64,000 bases of DNA. Origin: Oligoflexales bacterium (lineage in GTDB: Bacteria > Bdellovibrionota_B > Oligoflexia > Oligoflexales > Bog-1112). The stretch covers positions 11,865 to 75,864 of the forward strand of contig JAGNWK010000003.1 of the NCBI GenBank assembly GCA_017985985.1, given 5' to 3'. The position numbers and the translations under genes were made by a program. The notes below the pieces were generated by a model. It was not told the DNA's origin. It saw only the letters and a list, made by a program, of their open reading frames with translations, and did not search any database. Every line of letters starts with the position of its first letter. Position 1 is the stretch's first letter. Below are positions 55,024 through 62,702 of the stretch, piece after piece.

Positions 55024-56190
55024 CTAATAACTTTCATTTTTAAATTTTAAAGAAATCTGACTCTTGGCAGGTAGGTCACACTGCTTTTGCTCTTCTTCTT
55101 TGCGACAGCAACGATGAATTTCTAAGACATAGTCCGTAGTCTTTGCATCTTGTGAAACTTCAAAAGCAATCGACGACAAGTCCATCTTTCTCAGATCCGA
55201 CGAGAAAGAACTTGCACTAGCAACCCCCTGATTCTTAGCACTCTGAAGAGACAAAGACTCTACAAAACAGGGCAAAGCAGGAGCAGAGACCGTTCTCTGA
55301 TATCGATTTTGGAAAACACTCAAAACCTCTAGATCCACTGGAAATTTGAGAGATTCTCCTCCCTCTATTCCAGCTTTTTTTAAGAGCTCTTCAAACTGTG
55401 CTCGGGGAGCCGGGGCCCCCTCCACCTGCTCTCGCTCTGGGACTTCCATAGGGATAGAGTTATAAATTTTTAAAGTTTTTAAGTCTTCCTTTTTTATTCT
55501 CTGCAACTTCTCAGCTAGATCCTGAGTACTGAAGTCTGTGTGCTGTTCGGAGCGCTCGCTGTAAGCCACGTTATCGCTTATATAAAGAAGGACATCTTCA
55601 GCGTCCTTTCGCTCCGAGCCCGTTTTCTTCCTGTGAAGGACCATCTTATCCAAGGCCAAAGACAAAGCATGCTGACCAGCTTCTTGAAAATCCTTCCCAT
55701 CCACCGTCTTCCAGGATCCAATCTCGACCTGAAAAGCTTCTGGATCATTAAAGTCTGCTACTCGAAATTCTCTAAAATCATCTGCAAAACCTATAGCTGC
55801 GAATTGAATATCCCATCCCCGGGACTTCAAATTCCTCGCAAGATCGAGTACACCTTTCTTCACTGCATCTAAGCTTTTATCCATACTTCCTGTGATATCG
55901 ATAACCAACATCATATTAAGGGGCTTTGTCACATCCTGTACAACGCGCTCTCGACGCAGATCGGGACACGATTTTTCGAAAGAAAATCGATAGTTTAGCG
56001 CTTTTCTTTCGAGAGGATACGCCTCACTTTTATTCAGACTCTCCATCAAACAAGAAACTGTAAATGTCGCCTTTTCTGACTCTGGATTATACCGTTTCCC
56101 ATCGTTAGGACTGGAATGAAAACTACGAACTGGGGTACAGGAGACTGCTCCAAGCACAAAAAGTTGGGTCCATCTTTTGAAACAAATCAT
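55024..56190 (-). CDS. von Willebrand factor A (vWA) domain lipoprotein
   Basis: Lipobox LGAVSC. MIDAS-type MMLVIDITGSMDKSL, then IQFAAIGFADDF, VLLYISDN. Confidence 0.7.
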   Translation of the reverse strand: MICFKRWTQLFVLGAVSCTPVRSFHSSPNDGKRYNPESEKATFTVSCLMESLNKSEAYPLERKALNYRFSFEKSCPDLRRERVVQDVTKPLNMMLVIDITGSMDKSLDAVKKGVLDLARNLKSRGWDIQFAAIGFADDFREFRVADFNDPEAFQVEIGSWKTVDGKDFQEAGQHALSLALDKMVLHRKKTGSERKDAEDVLLYISDNVAYSERSEQHTDFSTQDLAEKLQRIKKEDLKTLKIYNSIPMEVPEREQVEGAPAPRAQFEELLKKAGIEGGESLKFPVDLEVLSVFQNRYQRTVSAPALPCFVESLSLQSAKNQGVASASSFSSDLRKMDLSSIAFEVSQDAKTTDYVLEIHRCCRKEEEQKQCDLPAKSQISLKFKNESY

Positions 56191-56494
56191 AAACTCTGCT
56201 CCTCTCCACTTTGAAGAACCAAGCTAGACTCAGTCCATTTTTTTGACGTGAGCTGTATAAACAAAGAATGATCAGCAGTTAGTAGTATAACTACTAAATA
56301 TTATTCTACAAATTCAGAAGGAAAATTGGCCCACCGGTCAAGATATGCATCTACAGTCAAAATATCCAAATGATTCAGGTATTTGAACCCCAAAGCGAAA
56401 ATGTTCGATTTATAAGCATCTTCCGCCCTAGACTATTATCAAGAGCAAATCACAATCTCAGTATGTGACTCCAACCTTTTCAGAAGGAGGTTTC

Positions 56495-58939
56495 ATGCCC
56501 TCATTTTCATCTGCAGGTTATGTGTCCCTTATTTCAATGGCCCTCTCCTTTCAAACAGCTTATGGATTTGTAGGAACAAAAGACTCTCGCTTCTTACCCT
56601 CTGGAACGCAACTCGAAAAGAAAGTCATCCGTATACAAAACACGGTGGAGCAAAAAGCATCGTTCAAAGACCTCCCGGGTGACAACATGCACATGCAGAA
56701 GGATCCTAAAACTGGTGTGATCCGAGTTTTATGGGGGGAGTTTTATCATCCTCAATTTGCTTACATGAAAAAGAAGAACCTCGTTCAATTTTCAAAAAGC
56801 TTTATTTCTCAAAATCTTTCCCTTTTTGGTATTTCCGAGGGGGATGCTCGCATAGATGAAAAGGCTCTCTACATTGGAGAAGACGAACAATTTGTGATGT
56901 TCCGCATTTACCGCGATGGGATTCAAATTAAAGACGCAGGGATCGACCTCCGCTTCAAAAAGGGCAAGCTCGTCCAAGTTATCAACCAAAGCTTTGCAGA
57001 AGCCAAAGTCATCCCTACAGAAAATGAAGCGGACAATCTCGAAGACCAAGCTCGACAACTCGTCCCCGACACAGAGCAGATTCAAAGAGGATCTGATCTA
57101 TTGAGAGTTGTAGAAACCGAACAAGGTTATCAGCTTCAAAAGGTTTCTAGCTTTCATATCCAAAGTGCCAAGGGATCCTTCTCGGCACAACTTGATCCCT
57201 CCTCTGGGAAAACATACGAACTCGCAGACAATGCTATGTATCTTCGAGGTCAGGTCAAAGCTGACAGTTACGAACGCTGGTATAAAGATAGCCTTGCTCC
57301 CATCAGTCTCGATCTGATTGGACTAAAAACAAATTCTGGCAAAATAGTAAGTGGAATTGAAGGTCTGTTTGATGCTGAGGAAAACGCAGAGCCAAGTCTT
57401 AATGGACTAGAGGGGAAGTATGTCAAAATTCATGACATGGGCGAAAAACCCATATCTAAGACGGCTACAAAAAATGCTGACGGCTGGTCGATTTATGTAG
57501 AAAAAAAAGGTCAAAGTCCTGCCCATAGCGACGAAGGGATTGCCCAAAGCATGATCTATCAACAAACCCATAAAATGATCAATTATGCGAAAAAATATAT
57601 AGATTCTCCTTGGTTTAACACTCCTCTGCTTGCAAATGCCAACCTCCGCAGCACCTGTAATGCACACTGGGATGGTAGCACGATCAACTTCTATACGGGT
57701 GGAGATGGTTGTGCCAACACAGGTCTGATCTCTGACGTGGTGTTTCATGAGTGGGGACACGGACTCGATGCCAACACAGGTGGCATTGACGACTCTGCCT
57801 ACTCTGAAGGTTTCGGAGATATCGTCTCTATGCTTATGACTCGCTCTAACATACTTGGTATTGGCTTCATGCTGGCAGATCAATCTCCAGTTAGAGATCT
57901 TGAACCTAGAAAAATCTATCCCCGAGACAAAGGTGAGGTTCACTCTGAAGGACTCATCATCGGATCCACTTTCTGGGAACTCTATAAAACTCTTAAAGCC
58001 ATCCATGGTGATGACGAAGCAATCAACCTCGTTTCCAAATATGCCCTACGGTCTATTTTTACAGCGAGAACCTACTTGGATGTCTACAATGCTATCCTTG
58101 TTATCGATGATGATGACAACAATCTCAATAACGGTACCCCAAATGGCTGCACCATCAATGCTGTGTTCATGGCCCACGGCCTTGCCCAAGAAAACATGAG
58201 CTGTAAATTTGCTCAACTCGAAAGCTTTGACATCGAAGATAGCGACAAAGATGGGATTGTAGAACCTGGTGAAACAGTTTCCTTCCACGTAAAAGCGAAG
58301 AACAACACCCAGGCTGAATTGAGCTCACTAACAGGTCAATTCTCTATCAACACACCAGGGATTCAAGTTGATCAAGGTGATCTGAGTTGGAGCCCTATAG
58401 CAGCCGGTGCTACAGCTAGCAGTGAAACAGCAGGTCTCTTCAAAATTGACTCCTCTGTTGCCTGCGGGACAAACTTCACGTCTACCCTCAAAATGAAACG
58501 CGGTCGAGATGAACTGATCTCGACAAAAGATTGGACTGTCGGTAGAAACGTAGGGACTGAATCCCTCTACGCAGCATCAGGCCTTCCACTTGTGATCAAA
58601 GATGTACATACGACGAAGGCCACGGTAGCGATCTCGTCAAATTGGGGAGAGCATGATAAAGTACAGAAAGTTCATCTCAAATTCGATGTGAAACATAGCT
58701 ACCTTGGAGATCTGACCATCAACCTCATAGCACCCAATGGGCAAGCTCATGAAGTGTATCGAGGAAGAGGAAAAGGAACTGGGAGCGTTCACTACGACCA
58801 AGACCTGACCCAGATCTTTGCTGGTGCCATAGGTAAAGGTGAATGGACCTTATCCGTCCGAGATGGTGCAGCAAGGGATGAAGGAATGCTCGAAAAATTC
58901 GAACTCTTGGCCACACCAGCTCAGTTCACCTGCGACTAG
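56495..58939 (+). CDS. Secreted zinc metalloprotease (HExxH...E, clan MA) with C-terminal proprotein-convertase P-domain
   Basis: The AAGGAGG RBS precedes ATG 56495, followed by a signal peptide. VVFHEWGHGLD and SEGFGD are zinc ligands. The C-terminus HSYLGDLTINLIAPNGQAHEVY is the P-domain signature. Confidence 0.75.
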   Translation: MPSFSSAGYVSLISMALSFQTAYGFVGTKDSRFLPSGTQLEKKVIRIQNTVEQKASFKDLPGDNMHMQKDPKTGVIRVLWGEFYHPQFAYMKKKNLVQFSKSFISQNLSLFGISEGDARIDEKALYIGEDEQFVMFRIYRDGIQIKDAGIDLRFKKGKLVQVINQSFAEAKVIPTENEADNLEDQARQLVPDTEQIQRGSDLLRVVETEQGYQLQKVSSFHIQSAKGSFSAQLDPSSGKTYELADNAMYLRGQVKADSYERWYKDSLAPISLDLIGLKTNSGKIVSGIEGLFDAEENAEPSLNGLEGKYVKIHDMGEKPISKTATKNADGWSIYVEKKGQSPAHSDEGIAQSMIYQQTHKMINYAKKYIDSPWFNTPLLANANLRSTCNAHWDGSTINFYTGGDGCANTGLISDVVFHEWGHGLDANTGGIDDSAYSEGFGDIVSMLMTRSNILGIGFMLADQSPVRDLEPRKIYPRDKGEVHSEGLIIGSTFWELYKTLKAIHGDDEAINLVSKYALRSIFTARTYLDVYNAILVIDDDDNNLNNGTPNGCTINAVFMAHGLAQENMSCKFAQLESFDIEDSDKDGIVEPGETVSFHVKAKNNTQAELSSLTGQFSINTPGIQVDQGDLSWSPIAAGATASSETAGLFKIDSSVACGTNFTSTLKMKRGRDELISTKDWTVGRNVGTESLYAASGLPLVIKDVHTTKATVAISSNWGEHDKVQKVHLKFDVKHSYLGDLTINLIAPNGQAHEVYRGRGKGTGSVHYDQDLTQIFAGAIGKGEWTLSVRDGAARDEGMLEKFELLATPAQFTCD

Positions 58940-58963
58940 CTATCTCTCTTAAAGAAAAACAGT

Positions 58964-58997
58964 TCTCCACCCAGACTTCTGCGGTGGAGATTTTTTT
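58964..58997 (+). terminator. Rho-independent terminator of the protease gene
   Basis: TCTCCACC-N11-GGTGGAGA followed by TTTTTTT, 25 nt after the stop. Confidence 0.8.
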
Positions 58998-59010
58998 ATG
59001 AGCGCAGAAC

Positions 59011-59054
59011 CTCGTCATTGCGAGCGAAGCGAATCAATCTCCGTGTAAAGGCAA
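59011..59054. repeat. CGTCATTGCGAG-family unit
   Basis: CTCGTCATTGCGAGCGAAGCGAATCAATCTCCGTGTAAAGGCAA. Confidence 0.85.
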
Positions 59055-59135
59055 AACGTTCTCGAGAAGCTTCCTATTTCCAAAGCTGAAATCGCTCGTC
59101 TTAAAGATCTTCCCTTCCCAGAAGGGGATGATGTG

Positions 59136-59948
59136 ATGAAAAAAGCTATTGTGAACCTAGCTAGTTATGAACCAGAAACCTTCGCTGCCCTAATGGGAAC
59201 TCATGCTGCCGATTTTACTTCGCTCATAGATCAAACGTTAAAAGATCCAAGCCTCCAAAACTTCGATGTAAAGCCTCAATCTGAATCGGGAGCAGAAGGA
59301 CTGGGTTTAAGCCAAGTAACAACATATCGACCTCCTGCACCTGTCTGTACTTACAACGCCTTACTTAGACGGGCTGTATGTAGTTCTGGATCTGGAGCGG
59401 GTATCTCTCCCAAAGATACAGCGATCACTATTGTTACCTTCTCAGCCATAGGTGTGGTGCTTGGTGTTGCTTCCGTAGTTGGGGGGATAGTAACCGCGGT
59501 CAAAGTTGCCAATTTACGCAAGGAGTATAGCACTAAGATCGAAGAGGAGAATGTTAAGTTAAAAGCAGCTTCTAGAAACCCCGTAGTCATGAGCCTACAG
59601 GCCGAATATAATCGAATTAACGATAGCAGTATCCCGACAAAAGAAGCTGAGTTAAAGGCCGTAGATGATCGGTTGCATGCTACCAATGAGGGCAAGCATC
59701 TAGCGAGTACAATGGATAGAATTGACTCCCTAGAGAAGGAGAGCTCCACTCCCGGCCGTATAACTGCGGCCGGCCTTCTGTTGGGGGTTGGGCTCAGCGT
59801 GATCGGAGCTGGAATTTATGGTGTTTTATCCTCTTATCAAGGTCTTCAACTGGCCGATGACGAAGACTACATGACAACGGTCCAGGGTCTCTGGCGAGCA
59901 ATCCAAGATCTAGGCCCTAGTAAGGACTGCCTCCATTCTGCCGGATAG
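59136..59948 (+). CDS. Hypothetical membrane protein (two TM helices flanking a coiled-coil loop)
   Basis: Hydrophobic segments ITIVTFSAIGVVLGVASVVGGIVTAV and AAGLLLGVGLSVIGAGIYGVL. No family recognised. Confidence 0.55.
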   Translation: MKKAIVNLASYEPETFAALMGTHAADFTSLIDQTLKDPSLQNFDVKPQSESGAEGLGLSQVTTYRPPAPVCTYNALLRRAVCSSGSGAGISPKDTAITIVTFSAIGVVLGVASVVGGIVTAVKVANLRKEYSTKIEEENVKLKAASRNPVVMSLQAEYNRINDSSIPTKEAELKAVDDRLHATNEGKHLASTMDRIDSLEKESSTPGRITAAGLLLGVGLSVIGAGIYGVLSSYQGLQLADDEDYMTTVQGLWRAIQDLGPSKDCLHSAG

Positions 59949-59975
59949 CCTAGTTTTTTGAGGATCGACTGACTA

Positions 59976-60176
59976 CCAATGACGAAGCAATCTGTCTTCA
60001 CATAGAGATTGTTTTGCTCCAACCTATCTAAGTCCGAGAAGCCGTAGGCGACGAAACATCTTTACATGGAGATTGCTTTGCTCCAACCTATCTAAGTATT
60101 CCAATTCGTCATTGCGAGGAGCCGCAGGCGACGAAACAATCTTTACATACTTGGACAGGTTGGAGCATTGACGAGG
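59976..60176. repeat. Composite array of CGTCATTGCGAG-family and GAGATTG(T/C)TTTGCTCCAACCTATCTAAGT units
   Basis: The 29-bp unit occurs twice (about 60006 and 60069). GCCG(T/C)AGGCGACGAAAC also occurs twice. The terminal CAATGACGA and CATTGACGAGG ends are inverted relative to TCGTCATTGCGAGG at 60107. Confidence 0.85.
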
Positions 60177-60236
60177 CTCTCAGCCTCTTAGCTTCAAAAA
60201 AGGGACAGATTCCTTTTCATTTAGAAAGGTCTGACT

Positions 60237-62063
60237 ATGAAACGTTTCTTATTAAAATTTCATTCTCTCAAATTCCTTTGTCTGGTGTTTGAACTCTGTC
60301 ATGCCTGCAAATCTCAAGTACAATCCCCATCACCTGACACTCCTCCTAGCATTTCAGCCAAACCTATCATTTCCACTACAAGTAGTCCTTGCAAGAATTC
60401 AGAAGATGTTTATGTCGACAGCAAACAGTTAGAAGCAAGTTACTTAACTCCCATACAGTCGCACTTAAAAAAAGAGAGTCCATGGCAACTTGCTTGGAAC
60501 CATGTACAAGGTCTCACTCAAGAATTAAAAAAACAGGAGGATATCGTTAAAGCAACGAGTCCACAAACCCAAAAACTCATCCTAGATCTTGTAGCGAAAG
60601 AACGTGCGATTGCTCAAATCATTGAAGAATTTACCGACCTAGCTAAGATCAGCTTACGTAAGGGATCAAGTTCCTCAGATTTACTAGACACCGTCCCAGA
60701 TAAGCAGAAAAAAGATCTTGAGGTTTTTCTTGATCCGGTACAGCTTTCGTCCCGTGTCTCTCAGTTGGAACAGTTTTATCGTGAACAAGTTCAAAACGGT
60801 GTGAACAAGACTAAGATGACAGAGGATCATTCAAACACGGGTGAGGAAGTTAAAAAAGATCTCATCATTGCTGGAGTGATTTCTGGTGAAGCCATCGTAG
60901 GCGGTTTGGCATACTACAACTTGCGTACTGCTGGCGAAAATAAATTGTCGACAATCCCCCTCAACTCCGATGCAGCTACTCGTTTTTCACAACAAGAAGA
61001 AAGTCTTCGAGTCCTTACAAGCAACGCGTATGCCTTTCCAGACCGACTTGGTTTTTTACATCCGAATGTAACTAAAAGTATCAAGGACCGCCTAAGACTT
61101 ATGGGGGAGTTTGTCAATACGCAAGCAGAGAAGCGGGAAGGAGCTCAGATCGCAGTCTTTCAAGAGGTCTGGGGAGAAACCAATAAGCAACGTCTTGCAG
61201 AACATCTCAAAAACTATCCGTATATTTATTGGGGGGACACCTTAGGTCGATTTGGTCTAGGAATAGACTCAGGACTGATGATTGCTTCCAAAATTCCCCC
61301 AAGCAAAATTGGTTATTTTTCCTTTGATAATCTTGCTGCCGAAGATGCTCTTTCACGTAAAGGGGCTTTGATGCTGGAGTTGCCCGATGGAAAAGGTGGC
61401 TACTTTACCCTTGTGACGACGCACTTCCAAGCGGCGCCTACATTAGGCCCACTAAGCGCTAAAACAGAGCTGGCAAAAAAAGAGTTACAAGCCATTCTTC
61501 AGAGGGAAGCCCAACAACTCGCAGAACGTGTCGCTGAATTTAACGGAAAACGACTAGAACAGCGAGTCGTGATTGCTGGTGATTTTAATGCAGAGTTCAA
61601 GGGAGATATGAAGGCGTTAGAGGTCATCAAGACAGAATTAGCAAAAAAGTTTCCTGTCAGCACTTATTGGGACCAAGAGAAGGTACAGTATAAAGCTGAA
61701 GAGCATGCAACATATTCGCGTGATGGTGAAACAGCAGCTTTGGACCATGTCTTTGGTTCTCGTGTTGCGATTGAAAATCTTGCTGTCTATCGCGAAGCGG
61801 TTGGAGGAAAAAAGGGCTCTTTAATCGGAGATGACGACAAGGCATTCACTGATCACACTCCCGTCAAGGCGGCCACGGATCTCACTATCAAACTACCGGA
61901 AAAAGGATCCGCCCCGGCTCCTCACGTGGGAGGAATCCGGACCACACGTTCCAAAACTCTTAATGCCGCTGTCCCCTTACTGACGATTTCTGCTATGGTT
62001 GCAAGCTTTATGACTCTCAATCAAGGGCTTAACCTTTCACAAGAGACTTTGTGTTTTCCCTGA
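60237..62063 (+). CDS. Membrane-anchored endonuclease/exonuclease/phosphatase (EEP) family protein, sphingomyelinase-like
   Basis: Lipobox-like ELCHAC, internal TM LIIAGVISGEAIVGGLAYY. EEP motifs IAVFQEVW, LVTTHFQA, IAGDFNA, FTDHTP. C-terminal hydrophobic tail. Confidence 0.65.
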   Translation: MKRFLLKFHSLKFLCLVFELCHACKSQVQSPSPDTPPSISAKPIISTTSSPCKNSEDVYVDSKQLEASYLTPIQSHLKKESPWQLAWNHVQGLTQELKKQEDIVKATSPQTQKLILDLVAKERAIAQIIEEFTDLAKISLRKGSSSSDLLDTVPDKQKKDLEVFLDPVQLSSRVSQLEQFYREQVQNGVNKTKMTEDHSNTGEEVKKDLIIAGVISGEAIVGGLAYYNLRTAGENKLSTIPLNSDAATRFSQQEESLRVLTSNAYAFPDRLGFLHPNVTKSIKDRLRLMGEFVNTQAEKREGAQIAVFQEVWGETNKQRLAEHLKNYPYIYWGDTLGRFGLGIDSGLMIASKIPPSKIGYFSFDNLAAEDALSRKGALMLELPDGKGGYFTLVTTHFQAAPTLGPLSAKTELAKKELQAILQREAQQLAERVAEFNGKRLEQRVVIAGDFNAEFKGDMKALEVIKTELAKKFPVSTYWDQEKVQYKAEEHATYSRDGETAALDHVFGSRVAIENLAVYREAVGGKKGSLIGDDDKAFTDHTPVKAATDLTIKLPEKGSAPAPHVGGIRTTRSKTLNAAVPLLTISAMVASFMTLNQGLNLSQETLCFP

Positions 62064-62210
62064 GTCGTATTTCCGTTTCGATTTCGTTATACGACATATA
62101 TTTCCAATAATTACAAAATCTTAATGAATCGGTTGGCATTCAAGTATACCTACCAATGTCTCCCAATCCTTGATTTCAGCGGATCTCAATAGCCACGAAA
62201 ATAAAAAAAC

Positions 62211-62319
62211 AAGGTGATGACTAGACGCCCTAAGCACCTGGTACAATCTCTACCGTTGCTGCCTTCCGGCCCTGGCGGGTTTCAAGATCTTCCATCACCT
62301 AGGATCTAGCCATCACCTT
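62211..62319 (-). ncRNA. ffs: Signal recognition particle RNA (small/4.5S type)
   Basis: The minus strand has 5' AAGGTGATGGCTAGA pairing with 3' TCTAGTCATCACCTT. The apical region CCAGGGCCGGAAGGCAGCAACGG matches the conserved domain IV core (CAGGUCCGGAAGGAAGCAGCC) with a GGAA tetraloop. Confidence 0.75.
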
Positions 62320-62417
62320 GTCTTCGCGTGAAACAAGCCCATACGAACTTGCACAAGCGCAGGTTTAAGGCCGACTGTCCTTATTTAAAAGAGCAGCCGA
62401 CTCCACTTAGGGAGGAT

Positions 62418-62585
62418 TTATTTCGTAAGCTTCGATTCCTTGAAATCGACGTGCTTACGAACCTTAGGATCATATTTTTTGAGAAGGAGTTTTTCCTTCC
62501 CTTTCAGTTTCTCAGCTGTGTAAAAGTACCCTGTACCTGCTGTAGAAACGAGCTTAACTTTCTCTCTTTTAGTCGACTTAGCCAT
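62418..62585 (-). CDS. rpmG: 50S ribosomal protein L33
   Basis: Hand translation gives [55 protein letters not shown] (55 aa, below the track cutoff). A GAGGA RBS lies 6 nt upstream. Confidence 0.9.
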   Translation of the reverse strand: MAKSTKREKVKLVSTAGTGYFYTAEKLKGKEKLLLKKYDPKVRKHVDFKESKLTK

Positions 62586-62702
62586 GAATTCCTCTGTAGA
62601 TCTCTCATAGAAAAAGGATTGTAGAAACTACCAAGATCAATAGAATCAAGCAAGACCTATCTTCAAGCCAAAAGCGCCGAGACACAATCCTAGATATTCT
62701 CG

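Noticed and set aside
57407-58006. Long antisense ORFs inside large genes (57407..58006, 51634..52128, 23108..23572, 20427..20876, 11177..11584, 41074..41463)
   Set aside because: Each is embedded antisense in a gene with strong family motifs (protease, clpB, RND, ligase, mfd, Ala/Lys-repeat lipoprotein). Antisense ORFs of this length are expected in such genes, especially opposite the GCN-rich alanine repeats.
52568-62100. Classical integrase-mediated genomic island at tRNA-Gln
   Set aside because: There is no integrase or recombinase ORF, and I could not find a direct repeat of the tRNA 3' end downstream by eye. It is kept only as a composition and context hypothesis in the findings.
62328-62624. 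98-aa plus-strand ORF
   Set aside because: It is exactly antisense to a clear L33 (rpmG) gene with an RBS, and it overlaps the SRP RNA end. It has no recognisable motifs.
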